The position numbers were made by a program, and so were the translations under genes. Shown in pieces: positions 8,952 through 19,101 of a stretch of 64,000 bases of DNA. Origin of the DNA: Nitrosopumilus sp. (lineage in GTDB: Archaea > Thermoproteota > Nitrososphaeria > Nitrososphaerales > Nitrosopumilaceae); the NCBI GenBank assembly GCA_965218785.1, contig OZ244650.1:448001-512000 (forward strand), in the 5' to 3' direction. Below the pieces are notes generated by a model that was not told the DNA's origin, ran no database searches, and was given only the letters and a program-made list of their open reading frames with translations. Each line of letters opens with the position of its first letter. Position 1 is the first letter of the stretch.

Positions 8952-10007
8952 TTGAAAATAAACCGCTCTAGTGTCATGCTCCTGTCAATTTCAGTAATTG
9001 TCGGAATTTCTGTGATTCTAGTCCTTCCAACAATCTCTGAAGCCCAGACTGAACAAAAGACGTTTGTATCACATTCGGGAATAGTCGTAAAGACATCCGG
9101 AGAAATCATTGATCCCATTTATACCGTATCAACTGTGGATTTTGATCCTGACGAGTTTTTGAGAAATTTTGAATATGGCAGGATTTCTGTCTCTGAAAGC
9201 GGACAGACAGTTAGGGATTATACGATTATAGCCGAAGATGACGGGATTCAGGAAATATCTCCGGGCATCTTTTATAATGTCTGGACCTTTAATGGAACTG
9301 TTCCCGGTCCTACCATAAGGGCCACAGAGGGGGATCTTCTCAGGATTCAATTCATCAATAACGGTTCAAAATCACACACAATGCATTTTCATGGAATTCA
9401 TCCTGCCATAATGGATGGGGTCTTTGAACCTGTGGGTGGCGGGGGCGGACAGTTCGTATATGAATTTGAAGCAGGTCCTGTGGGCGTCCATCCATATCAC
9501 TGTCATGTCATGCCGCTTGAGGAACATATCGTACATGGTCTTTATGGCGTGTTTATAGTTGATCCAAAAGAACAACGGCCGCCTGCCGATGAAATGGTAA
9601 TGGTTCTAAACGGTCTGGACACTGATTTTGACTCTGAAAATAATTTCTATGCTGCAAACACCATTCCATTTTACTACCAACACCATCCCATCCAAATTAA
9701 CACTCATGAATTGATTCGAGTCTATGTCGTCAACATGGTCGAATTTGATCCAATAAACAATTTACACCTGCATGGTAATTTGTACAAATACTATCCCACA
9801 GGTACGGATATCGTTCCATCATTTTACACCGACATGATCACGCTGTCACAAACTGAGCGTGGAATAATGGAATTTGAGTACGAATATCCTGGAAAATACC
9901 TGTTCCATGCCCACAAGGTAGAGTTTTCAGAGAAAGGCTGGGTAGGGATCTTCCTTGTCAGGGATAATCCGGAAAAAAATACGTTGGAATCCGAATATGG
10001 AACTTGA
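8952..10007 (+). CDS. Two-domain multicopper oxidase (T1 Cu site in domain 1 only)
   Basis: Signal/TM segment; FNGTVPGP; HTMHFHG; YHCHVMPLEEHIVHGL; domain 2 has NNLHLHG and FHAH without Cys. Confidence 0.92.
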   Translation: MKINRSSVMLLSISVIVGISVILVLPTISEAQTEQKTFVSHSGIVVKTSGEIIDPIYTVSTVDFDPDEFLRNFEYGRISVSESGQTVRDYTIIAEDDGIQEISPGIFYNVWTFNGTVPGPTIRATEGDLLRIQFINNGSKSHTMHFHGIHPAIMDGVFEPVGGGGGQFVYEFEAGPVGVHPYHCHVMPLEEHIVHGLYGVFIVDPKEQRPPADEMVMVLNGLDTDFDSENNFYAANTIPFYYQHHPIQINTHELIRVYVVNMVEFDPINNLHLHGNLYKYYPTGTDIVPSFYTDMITLSQTERGIMEFEYEYPGKYLFHAHKVEFSEKGWVGIFLVRDNPEKNTLESEYGT

Positions 10008-11175
10008 TGGCAATTCATCCAAGGCAAAGACTGTTGCAAGTGGAATGATTCCATTTGCATTTGTGGTTTTAATGATGCTCTACATTTTTGGCCCCGGTGC
10101 CGATTTGCTGGATTTTGGGGTTCCATTACCTGAGATAACTATTGAAAAAGTGGATTTTGTAGATTCTGAAATTCGGGCCACGGTTAGAAACACCGGACCG
10201 ATTCCAGTTGAGGTAGTCATGGCAGATATAAATGACAGAATCCAGCCTGCCGCAGTGGAACCTGACAGATTCCTTGATAGATTTGAGACAACCCTGGTTA
10301 GAATTCCGTTTGAGTGGAATGAGGCAGAACCCTACATGATTGGAATAACAATCGAGGATGGAACGCGATTTGAAAAAAAAATTGAATCTGCTGCCCATAT
10401 GTTGGAACCTACCTTGGATCTTGCCGTCTTTTTTGCAGTTATTGGAACCTATGTTGGAATCATTCCTGTAATGATCGGTTTACTGTGGCTTCCCTTCATC
10501 AAGAAGATAAGCAAGCAAAAATTCCACTTTTTTTTGGCATTAACTGCAGGATTGCTGTTTTTCTTGGCAATTGATTCCATTGAAGAAGCAATCAAGGTCT
10601 CTGATCAAAGTCTGGCAGGAAGTTTCAATGGGGCACTGCTTGTTGCAACAGTAATCGTATTATCCTTTCTCGGATTATACTATTCTGGGAATAAACTTGT
10701 TGAACGGGCTGGTTCCTCAAAACTTGCAAAACCTGCTGTAATAGCATTAATGATCTCCATTGGAATAGGCCTACACAATTTTGGGGAAGGTCTGGCAATC
10801 GGAGCGGCAGTCGGGCTGGGCTCTGTAGCATTTAGCACATTTCTGATTGTAGGATTTGCACTGCATAATACTACTGAAGGCATAGCTATTGCCGCTGCAA
10901 TGTCGAGGGGAAAACTGATGATTGGAAGACTGGTCGCAATGGGCATGATTGCCGGCACACCTGCCATCTTTGGCGCATGGTTTGGCGGTTTTTCCTATTC
11001 GCCGATTAATTCGGTAATCTTTCTTGCAGTTGGTGCCGGCGCGATATTTCAGGTAATTGTTGTAGTGATGAAATGGATCCGGGATGAAAGTAACGGCAAT
11101 CTATCAAGTGCTTATGTGGTGTCTGGTTTTGCAGCAGGAATGCTAGTAATGTATCTGACTAGTATCCTGGTTTAG
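9997..11175 (+). CDS. ZIP-family divalent metal transporter with N-terminal extracellular domain
   Basis: GLHNFGEG and ALHNTTEG signatures; ATG at 9997 preferred over the ORF-track start 9955. Confidence 0.9.
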   Translation: MELDGNSSKAKTVASGMIPFAFVVLMMLYIFGPGADLLDFGVPLPEITIEKVDFVDSEIRATVRNTGPIPVEVVMADINDRIQPAAVEPDRFLDRFETTLVRIPFEWNEAEPYMIGITIEDGTRFEKKIESAAHMLEPTLDLAVFFAVIGTYVGIIPVMIGLLWLPFIKKISKQKFHFFLALTAGLLFFLAIDSIEEAIKVSDQSLAGSFNGALLVATVIVLSFLGLYYSGNKLVERAGSSKLAKPAVIALMISIGIGLHNFGEGLAIGAAVGLGSVAFSTFLIVGFALHNTTEGIAIAAAMSRGKLMIGRLVAMGMIAGTPAIFGAWFGGFSYSPINSVIFLAVGAGAIFQVIVVVMKWIRDESNGNLSSAYVVSGFAAGMLVMYLTSILV

Positions 11176-12530
11176 TTTGGTTCCGGATGTATTGTAATTA
11201 CCGAGTTTTTGATCTCCGCTCTAATGATGTGCTCTACCTCGGATGTCAAATCATGAACTTTTTCAATGGATAATTCCCCGTCAAACGAACAATCAATGTC
11301 TATTTTGAGAATGTTCTCAAAATTCAACGATAATATGCGCCCGATCTTTCTAATTTCTGGGTACCTCTCCAGGATTGTCTGGATTCTTTCCTCCGTTACC
11401 TTGTCTTCCAAATTTAAATTCTCAGGCAGCCTCAGGAACGGCTCCAAATGGATTGTGGCATGTTCAATCTCGGGGATGTTTTCCTGAATTTTCTGCTCTA
11501 TAATTTCGGAAATCATGTGTGCCGATAACAGATTGATCTCCCTATCTACCATTACATGCAAATTCGAATATGTCTTTCCTCTGGTCTTGTGAGTACTGAC
11601 ATTATGCACGCCTTTTACCCCCTTGATGCCTTTTGCAATATCTAGAATTCTTGCATCTAATGGAACATCCTCCCAGTTTGGCTCAAAATGAATTGTAGTT
11701 GCCGCATTAGGAATCTTATTTTTTATATTTCCCTCAACCTTGTCACTGATCTCATGTGCCTTATCAAAACTGGTATCCCCCCTCAATGAAATTGTAATGT
11801 CTGCAAAAATCACATCTCCTGATTTTCTCATAAGTATTGGATTTGCATCAATTACCCCTTCAGTTGAAGTTGCAACCTCTCTGACATTTTTTACAAGTTC
11901 CGGCGAGATAATGTCTGTTAAATCCAGCGCGGTCCTGTAAACTAGCTTTACACTAAGTATTGCCAGCAGTCCTCCCAGAATTAACGCCGCGGCAAAATCC
12001 CCGTAATAGAATCCGTATGTGACTAGAACTATTCCGATAATTGCAACTAGCGTGGAGCCAAGATCCATAAATGCGTGATAAAAATCCGCCTTGAGTGTCT
12101 CTCCTCCAATCTTCTTAATTGATATTCTTAATAGAATTATTCTGAAAAAATCAACACCGATTGTGTACAGTCCGCCAATTATTGCAAACAGACCGGGTAA
12201 AATGTCTGGAGGCGGACTTTGCAGTCTGTTGATAGATTCGTAAATGAAAAGACAGGCAATTAGAAAAATTGTAATTCCTCCAATCAACCCTCCCAACGAT
12301 TCAATCTTTCCGTGTCCGTAGGTGTGTTCGGCATCTGGTGGCTTGATTGCCATCCTTGCTGCCAAAAGCAAGACAAGAGTTACGACACTGTCTAGCAATG
12401 CATGTATGCTGTCTGTAACGAGGGCCAGACTGTTTGAGAGAACACCGAAGATTAATTCCACTAAAAATGCCGAAAAAATAGCCAAAAGTGAGATTTGTAA
12501 TATCTTGGTTCTCTGGACAAATATTTGCAT
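11172..12530 (-). CDS. Cation diffusion facilitator (CDF) transporter with repeated C-terminal dimerisation domains
   Basis: SLALVTDSIHALLD, HTYGHGKIE, ADFYHAFMD; three HxEP-ending domains. Confidence 0.92.
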   Translation of the reverse strand: MQIFVQRTKILQISLLAIFSAFLVELIFGVLSNSLALVTDSIHALLDSVVTLVLLLAARMAIKPPDAEHTYGHGKIESLGGLIGGITIFLIACLFIYESINRLQSPPPDILPGLFAIIGGLYTIGVDFFRIILLRISIKKIGGETLKADFYHAFMDLGSTLVAIIGIVLVTYGFYYGDFAAALILGGLLAILSVKLVYRTALDLTDIISPELVKNVREVATSTEGVIDANPILMRKSGDVIFADITISLRGDTSFDKAHEISDKVEGNIKNKIPNAATTIHFEPNWEDVPLDARILDIAKGIKGVKGVHNVSTHKTRGKTYSNLHVMVDREINLLSAHMISEIIEQKIQENIPEIEHATIHLEPFLRLPENLNLEDKVTEERIQTILERYPEIRKIGRILSLNFENILKIDIDCSFDGELSIEKVHDLTSEVEHIIRAEIKNSVITIHPEPN

Positions 12531-12614
12531 ATCTCTTGATTTTCTTATTACGTATTACAGGTTTCTAAGAAGAAATGCTCCGACAACGTTATTTGTGATA
12601 ATGATGATTTTGAG

Positions 12615-15600
12615 ATGTTGGATGGGAAATACCTGTACTTGTTGTTGGCAATTTTGCCTGTATTTGTAATGCCGATTCCGGATGCCGTGGCATCAAGCAA
12701 TCCTAACTTGTTCGTATCTGCTGAAAATTCCCAGTTTGAGAACCATTTTTCAGGTTCCATGGTAGTCGAAGTTGTAGTTTATGAGCCCAATATGCGGGAT
12801 CTTGATCGGGGAAGGGGAGAACCTGACGTTACACTCAATGGAAAATCATTACGCATGGTTCAGGCAACTGATGGTCATTGGTATGCCTACTTTGCAAATG
12901 TTAAGAAGGCAAAGATTGCAGATTCTACAGTGGGTCTGGCCGGAGAGGGTTTGGATTTCGGGGTTTTTTGCAGCAGGGACACGCCTTTATCCGTACTGGG
13001 TATTGCCATCTCAGAGACTGACGGGGTTGCAGTCCCACAATCAGGCGGACTGGCAGGTTTTACCAACGGGGATTCCTCATTTGCTTTATGTACTGGTTCC
13101 CCATCCGGTTCTGAAAATTTGAATAATATAGTCAGAAAGGCAAAATCAATTAACACGAATTCCAATGTTCCTGCCGGACAAATTGGTCTGGATTCTGATG
13201 CATGGCCGTTAATCCAGCTTTATTCTTTTGGTGATGTTACAATTCGTTACAATCCTGCCGGTTCGTCACAGCAAGTCTCACTTGAGTACGATGATATTCC
13301 AAATATTTCCACGAGTCTTGATAGGGATGTTTTTCCAAACAACTCTGAAGTTTTCCTAACCATTAATGATTTTCAATTAAATCAGGATCCTACAGACGAG
13401 GATTCTTGGACATTTGATATTGATTCTAACCCGTCAACGTTTTACCAGGCATATGACCGCTCAGGTTCCAGCTCTGCTAATGGCGGTCCTGGCTTGGTGA
13501 ATCTGGTGCCATCTCTTTCTAGACTGGGATTTGATGATAATGGGAAACTTTTTGTAAACCTGAGTGCCGTACTGGAACTGCAATCAAATGACGAACAGCC
13601 GGCAACCAGCATTACTGACGGAACTGATACTTTTGCCGAAATCCTCACCCTAGTCGAAGACGGTCCGAATTCTGGCATCTTTGATAGTGGTGATAATGCC
13701 AACCAGTCAACTTTGGGCATCTTGGCTAATGCCCCAAGAGGCCAGGGCGGAATAATAACTTACAACAAGCAGTCAATATCTGTCCTAACAGGCACTTCTA
13801 CTGCCACTATCTCCGTGCCAAATCCCAGTTTGAGAATTGGTGACGGCGTGCAATCTTTGAAATCCGGAACTGAATTTCCCGTGGTCCTAGTCGATCCTGA
13901 TCAAAATTTGAATTCTGACTTGCGTGATGATTTGGATGTATTTAGGGATTCGGCCATAATTCCAACACTGAGGATTGGTTCTCCTGTCACTCTTGAGCAG
14001 TCCTCTGATGTCGAGTTATTTCTCCTGTCTACTGGTTCATTGGATGCAGACGGTGATTCTGCAAGTTCCTTTGTTCCTGACACAAATTCCGCACGCCTAA
14101 TCATCGATACCTCTACGGTAGATCTAGCCACTTTTGAGAAAATTTCAATAAATCTGGGAATTACTGCCTCGGAATTATACTCCCTCTTTATAGACACCTC
14201 TCTTTCAAATCATGACGGTACTAACTGGCTAAACTATGATTTACGATCTTTTGCAAATGATCTGGGAATTTCTGATTTTACTGATACGACGATGGAGCTC
14301 TACTTTGGAACTGCCAGAACCACGCCTGTGAAAATCGTTGATTCTGGAGACTTTTCATCTTCTAGCGGCATGGTTCGTTTGGCCGATTCTGGCATCTCAT
14401 CTATCTCAGATAAGAGCGGTACTGTTTATCTTGTGATTAATTTTGACTCCTCAAATGATGATACCCGTGTTGGAAGCATTCCAAGCAAGACTGGTTTGCA
14501 ACCTGTGATGCTTGACTTTTTTTCATTCGGAGTTGTTGATTCTGATGATGTAAATAATGCCATCTATCGTTTTGAATTGGAGGAAACCTCCCGTGATTCT
14601 GCCACCTTTGATGGAACCCTAGAGTATTCCATTGCAAGCCATCTGGACATCTTAGATCCGCTGTTTATCCAAGCCATCCGGCCAATCAGTGATAAAGTAA
14701 AATTTATTGTTACAGGCAGATCAGTAGATGATGAGGGAATATCCATTTCATATTCTGATCTGGATGTGGGAGGCGATTTTAAGACTGCTTCTACAAAATC
14801 TGATATTGATACAGCATCTGGCGTCATATCAACGAATTCCAAATCCTACCGTTTTGGCCAATCTGTAAAAATCACATTAAATGATCCTGATCTGAATTTG
14901 AAAAATGATATTGTTGATATTTATTTTGTAATTAATGATCCCGGCTCTGCAAATGTTGATACTGTTGGAAAAGACAGAGACATCCTACTTGAAGTCCTAC
15001 TAAAGGACATTCGCTACAAGCGCTGTACTGTAAATGGTGTTGAACGGGGAGGCCTGGGTTCCACCGGATTTACTCTTGCTGAAACAGGGCCTAGTACCGG
15101 AATTTTTGAAGGAACATTCAAAATGCCTTCAACAATATGCAACAAATCTGGAACCAAGTTGATTTCATCGGCTGGTGGCAGTCTTGATGTAAAATATTAT
15201 GATTCACATGATGCTTCTGGAAATTCCAACGTATTTAGCATGCTAAAGAGCAGACAGGTGTCTTCATTTCACAGTCCGCCACAACTAAGTGCATATGAGA
15301 TTAAGAGGCCACTCTTAGGAGAAGAAGAAATCGTGCTTTCAGGAAGTATTGGGAATCATAAGAGGGGAGTTCCATTGGCAGTGACTGTTACTTATCCTGA
15401 TGGGAAATCCCAAAGCTATGGATCACCTCTTGCATCTAGCGGTAGTTACAAATCCGTAATCTCAGTTAATGAAAGCTCCCTGCCTGGAGTTTATAATATA
15501 GAATTATCTTATGATGATTCCCCTGTTGGCACAGTCTCATTTGTGGTCTCAACTACTGAAATCCCAATCCTGATCAAAAACAGTACAAAATTACTGCCCT

Positions 15601-15980
15601 CAGATATGATTTCTGATTCTGAACCCATTGATGAGGCAGAACATCTAGCTGAGGAAGATGATCTCATCACGACTCTACCACTACCACCATCAGAAAATGA
15701 CTCTTCTGAGCAGCGTATTCCAGATTGGATCAAAAACAATGCGGAGCGATGGCCCTCAGATATGATCTCCGATTCTGAATTTATTGACGGGATCAAATAT
15801 CTAGCTGAGGCGGGTATTATCACGCCTCTTCTACCACCGCCAGAAAATGACCTTTCTGAGCAGCATATTCCTGATTGGATCAAAAATATTGCAAAATGGT
15901 GGGCCGACGATCTAATTTCTGATGAAGACTTTGTAAAATCAGTGCAATACTTGGTCAAAAAAGGTATAATTCTAGTATAA
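12615..15980 (+). CDS. S-layer protein paralogue (SlaA N-terminal-like) with C-terminal IPxWIKN repeats
   Basis: NLFVSAENSQF...GEPDVTLNGKSLRMVQATDGHWYAYFA resembles the Nitrosopumilus S-layer N-terminus; recurring ExGPxSGIFxG motifs; signal peptide. Confidence 0.8.
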   Translation: MLDGKYLYLLLAILPVFVMPIPDAVASSNPNLFVSAENSQFENHFSGSMVVEVVVYEPNMRDLDRGRGEPDVTLNGKSLRMVQATDGHWYAYFANVKKAKIADSTVGLAGEGLDFGVFCSRDTPLSVLGIAISETDGVAVPQSGGLAGFTNGDSSFALCTGSPSGSENLNNIVRKAKSINTNSNVPAGQIGLDSDAWPLIQLYSFGDVTIRYNPAGSSQQVSLEYDDIPNISTSLDRDVFPNNSEVFLTINDFQLNQDPTDEDSWTFDIDSNPSTFYQAYDRSGSSSANGGPGLVNLVPSLSRLGFDDNGKLFVNLSAVLELQSNDEQPATSITDGTDTFAEILTLVEDGPNSGIFDSGDNANQSTLGILANAPRGQGGIITYNKQSISVLTGTSTATISVPNPSLRIGDGVQSLKSGTEFPVVLVDPDQNLNSDLRDDLDVFRDSAIIPTLRIGSPVTLEQSSDVELFLLSTGSLDADGDSASSFVPDTNSARLIIDTSTVDLATFEKISINLGITASELYSLFIDTSLSNHDGTNWLNYDLRSFANDLGISDFTDTTMELYFGTARTTPVKIVDSGDFSSSSGMVRLADSGISSISDKSGTVYLVINFDSSNDDTRVGSIPSKTGLQPVMLDFFSFGVVDSDDVNNAIYRFELEETSRDSATFDGTLEYSIASHLDILDPLFIQAIRPISDKVKFIVTGRSVDDEGISISYSDLDVGGDFKTASTKSDIDTASGVISTNSKSYRFGQSVKITLNDPDLNLKNDIVDIYFVINDPGSANVDTVGKDRDILLEVLLKDIRYKRCTVNGVERGGLGSTGFTLAETGPSTGIFEGTFKMPSTICNKSGTKLISSAGGSLDVKYYDSHDASGNSNVFSMLKSRQVSSFHSPPQLSAYEIKRPLLGEEEIVLSGSIGNHKRGVPLAVTVTYPDGKSQSYGSPLASSGSYKSVISVNESSLPGVYNIELSYDDSPVGTVSFVVSTTEIPILIKNSTKLLPSDMISDSEPIDEAEHLAEEDDLITTLPLPPSENDSSEQRIPDWIKNNAERWPSDMISDSEFIDGIKYLAEAGIITPLLPPPENDLSEQHIPDWIKNIAKWWADDLISDEDFVKSVQYLVKKGIILV
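15561..15977 (+). repeat. Three tandem ~50-aa IPxWIKN domain repeats (starts 15561, 15717, 15867)
   Basis: Similarity is visible at DNA level (gccctcagatatgat...ctagctgagg...cagaaaatgac...tctgagcagc) and at protein level. Confidence 0.85.
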
Positions 15981-16034
15981 TATGGTCAATTTTTCTTTCA
16001 TTGAAAATATAAATAACATCAATTCATCAAGAAA

Positions 16035-17123
16035 ATGAAAATGAGATTTACAGGTTTCATAATATTTGGTTTGTTAACAATTTCACTCTTATCTTATGGC
16101 GCAAGCAGTCCTGCTTTTGCGGCAAATTCATACATTACTGCAACCTCTGATTTGGATGAAGTCCCAAATGGTGCCACTTTCACAATTTCTGGAATGATTG
16201 TAGATTATGATCCTTCCGGACATGATCTTGGTTATATAATCACCACTCCTGACGAAGGTTTCGCCGATATTGGTCAATTAACCCCTGATTCTGATGGTGA
16301 ATTCACAATAACTATCAATGCCGGTGGCTCATTATGGAAAACATCTGGAGATTACATTGTTAAATTTAAGTATGGTGCAGCCTCAGGCGAAGTTATAATT
16401 AATTATGTAGGTGGTGAGGCTCCTCCTCCTAATGCTATTGTTGTAATTGATACTGACGGCGATGGAGTTCCTGACGATGTTGACGAATGTCCTGATGTTG
16501 CCGGTAATGGTAGCGATGGATGTACATCAGAAGCGCCACCACCACCTCCACCACCACCAACAGATACTGACGGCGATGGAGTTCCTGACGATGAGGATAG
16601 TTGTCCTGATGTTGCTGGTACTGATAGAGATGGATGTCCACCACCACCAGTAGTTGCACCACCACCTGTACCTGACTGTGGAGACGGAACCAAATTAGAA
16701 AATGGTCAATGTGTACCAGATGTGGACGACTCGGACAAGAAAACCGGCTGTTTGATTGCAACTGCAACTTATGGAACTGAATTGGCACCACAGGTTCAAC
16801 TCCTAAGGGAGATTAGAGATAATACCTTATTTTCCACAGCATCTGGCACATCATTTATGACGGGATTTAACCAATTGTACTATTCATTCTCACCAACAAT
16901 TGCTGATTGGGAAAGAGAGAATCCAATGTTCCAAGAAGCAGTAAGGGCATTTATCACTCCGATGATTTCAACACTATCCATTATGACATTGGCTGAAAAT
17001 GGTTCAGAAGTTGAAGTTCTAGGACTGGGAATTTCTATAATTGCACTAAACCTGGGAATGTATATTGCAGCACCGGCACTAGTTGGATTCAAAGTTCACA
17101 AACACATCAAATCTAGAAAATAA
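16035..17123 (+). CDS. CFI-box-CTERM surface protein with thrombospondin type 3 repeats and poly-Pro linkers
   Basis: Signal peptide; two DTDGDGVPDxxDxCP; GCLIATATYGTELAPQVQLLREIRDN; C-terminal TM segment. Confidence 0.88.
   Translation: MKMRFTGFIIFGLLTISLLSYGASSPAFAANSYITATSDLDEVPNGATFTISGMIVDYDPSGHDLGYIITTPDEGFADIGQLTPDSDGEFTITINAGGSLWKTSGDYIVKFKYGAASGEVIINYVGGEAPPPNAIVVIDTDGDGVPDDVDECPDVAGNGSDGCTSEAPPPPPPPPTDTDGDGVPDDEDSCPDVAGTDRDGCPPPPVVAPPPVPDCGDGTKLENGQCVPDVDDSDKKTGCLIATATYGTELAPQVQLLREIRDNTLFSTASGTSFMTGFNQLYYSFSPTIADWERENPMFQEAVRAFITPMISTLSIMTLAENGSEVEVLGLGISIIALNLGMYIAAPALVGFKVHKHIKSRK
16449..16637 (+). repeat. Duplicated ~75-bp TSP3 unit (16449-16523, 16563-16637)
   Basis: gatactgacggcgatggagttcctgacgatg is identical in both copies. 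Confidence 0.9.
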
Positions 17124-17172
17124 TCTCTGATTTCATTAATAGGTTATTATATTGAAACACATTAGATAATCT

Positions 17173-17496
17173 ATGAATATAGAGTATGAAGAATTTGACA
17201 CCATTGAAGATATCTTCATGTATATGGCATCAGCTGCCCCTCCAATGAAAAATACACTGCCAATTAGTTCCTACAAAGGATACATAATGTCATTTATTCC
17301 ACTCGGTTCAACAGCGGTCGATACGTATCTGATGATTTATTCAAAGGGTTCGCTCGAACCTGGAATATACGAGTTTGATGTGACATCAAAGTCCTACAAA
17401 AAAGTTGAGAGCATTGAAAGAGCAGACAAAGTTTACTTTATCTCTCTGACACCAAAACGCAATACAATAGCAGATGTTGCTGTTGAAAATCTATAA
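17173..17496 (+). CDS. Hypothetical protein
   Basis: 107-aa ORF with upstream TATA (ttattatat); converges on the next gene. Confidence 0.75.
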   Translation: MNIEYEEFDTIEDIFMYMASAAPPMKNTLPISSYKGYIMSFIPLGSTAVDTYLMIYSKGSLEPGIYEFDVTSKSYKKVESIERADKVYFISLTPKRNTIADVAVENL

Positions 17497-19071
17497 TTTC
17501 TTTGTCTGAATCTTGGGTGCAGATACTGATCTGCTTCGCGCATATTTGTCAATTATCTCATCAGGTGTTCTTCCATTGAAGAGATCCTTGCACAACCCTC
17601 TCAGATATCTCATAATTGCCCAGGTCCCTGCCTTGAGAATTCCGTACATAAAGACCTTCATTGGCGGTCCGTATGTCTTATTTCTGAGAATAATTGGAAT
17701 AATATCATTAATTACCCTCAGATTGTTTTCCCAGCATCTCCAAAACAGTGTAAATTGTGCCTCATTCAAATTTCCAAAATGCATCGAATTCTTTTCACTA
17801 AAGTCCTGATAAAGTAACGGTGCTACCAAGCCTCTAAAGTCCATCTCCCTGAAATCACCCATCATATCTATGGTATATTGAATATCATCTGGCGTTTCAT
17901 CTGGCCATCCGATAATGATTGTTGCAGCTGGGAACCAGTGGTTTTCATTTAGAATCTTTGCGCCCTCTCTTACAACACTTCCCCATTCTTCTGGTGCAAA
18001 CGGTTTTGTTTTAACCCCCAGGTGTTTTTTCACCATTGCCGGCGCCACTGTTTCAATTCCCAGGTTGGTGGCAAGCCACCTGCCAGTTTCATCCTGCTTA
18101 TTGATATGTGCGATTTGTTGCATCAGCGTGGGATCTGCTGCAACTGCTGAGAATGTCATGTGTGTGGTTCCTACAAAGTTTGCCCCCAGTCCTTTGAGAC
18201 CCTTCCACAAATCTAGTATTGCATCTCTATTTGGAATAAAATCCCTGTTATCGCATCCATAAAGCAGCATTTCATCAGAATGTAGCCAGATAGAGTCAAA
18301 TCCATAATCCAGGTTGATCTTTGCTTCATGTTGCAATCTTTCTAGTGGAAGATCCTTCTTTGATCTTTTGTTTACATCACAAAAGTCGCATCCCCTTCCG
18401 CATCCCCTCATTGCCTCGATCAAGGAGTTGATTGTGGGACCTTCAATAACTGGAATATTTTCGAGATTTCTAACAAAGCAATGCATTAATTCTGGAGCGT
18501 CACCTTTCTCCAGATCTTGGAACAAGTCAACTGCTAACTCGTCTGCCTCGCCAACAACGACCGTATCTATTCCGTGAATTTTCATTCTGTCTGACTTTGC
18601 TAGTTCCCATGCACCGTTACCTCCGACTACAACCTTGAAACCATATTTCTTTTTGAGCTGAATCACGCTTGCGCACATTTTTTTGAATTTCATTGCGACA
18701 TAGGATAATTTTTCTGGCGACATTGTCGTTGTTACCGGAGCCATTCCTAATGGATCCATTACGTTAATTCCCACGACTTTGGTGTCCGGACCGATGGATT
18801 TATGTAGCATCTCCGGATGTGCCAAAAACACGTCTTCTCTTTTGTATCCGCCCTGAAGTAATGAACTCTCTACCCTTCTTAGTCCCACCTGGGCAACCTT
18901 GACCTCCCCCGTAATTGGGTCTGTCTCAACTGATGGACAGAATACTTTGTCAAAAACCCATTCAGGAAGAACCTCATATGGCCCACATGCAATAAAGCCA
19001 TACAGAAAATTCCCTCTGTAATTTGTCATTAAACTACGATCTGCAGTAAGTACGATACGTTTGCCAGTCAA
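17491..19071 (-). CDS. B12-binding-domain radical SAM protein, GDGT ring synthase (GrsA/B)-like
   Basis: IVLTADRSLM N-terminus, GLRRVES, DPLGMAPV, VVVGGNGAW, CGRGCDFC (CX3CX2C), GIET. Confidence 0.75.
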   Translation of the reverse strand: MTGKRIVLTADRSLMTNYRGNFLYGFIACGPYEVLPEWVFDKVFCPSVETDPITGEVKVAQVGLRRVESSLLQGGYKREDVFLAHPEMLHKSIGPDTKVVGINVMDPLGMAPVTTTMSPEKLSYVAMKFKKMCASVIQLKKKYGFKVVVGGNGAWELAKSDRMKIHGIDTVVVGEADELAVDLFQDLEKGDAPELMHCFVRNLENIPVIEGPTINSLIEAMRGCGRGCDFCDVNKRSKKDLPLERLQHEAKINLDYGFDSIWLHSDEMLLYGCDNRDFIPNRDAILDLWKGLKGLGANFVGTTHMTFSAVAADPTLMQQIAHINKQDETGRWLATNLGIETVAPAMVKKHLGVKTKPFAPEEWGSVVREGAKILNENHWFPAATIIIGWPDETPDDIQYTIDMMGDFREMDFRGLVAPLLYQDFSEKNSMHFGNLNEAQFTLFWRCWENNLRVINDIIPIILRNKTYGPPMKVFMYGILKAGTWAIMRYLRGLCKDLFNGRTPDEIIDKYARSRSVSAPKIQTKKL

Positions 19072-19101
19072 CTATAAAACTTTGTTAAAGTATGTTATAT
19101 A

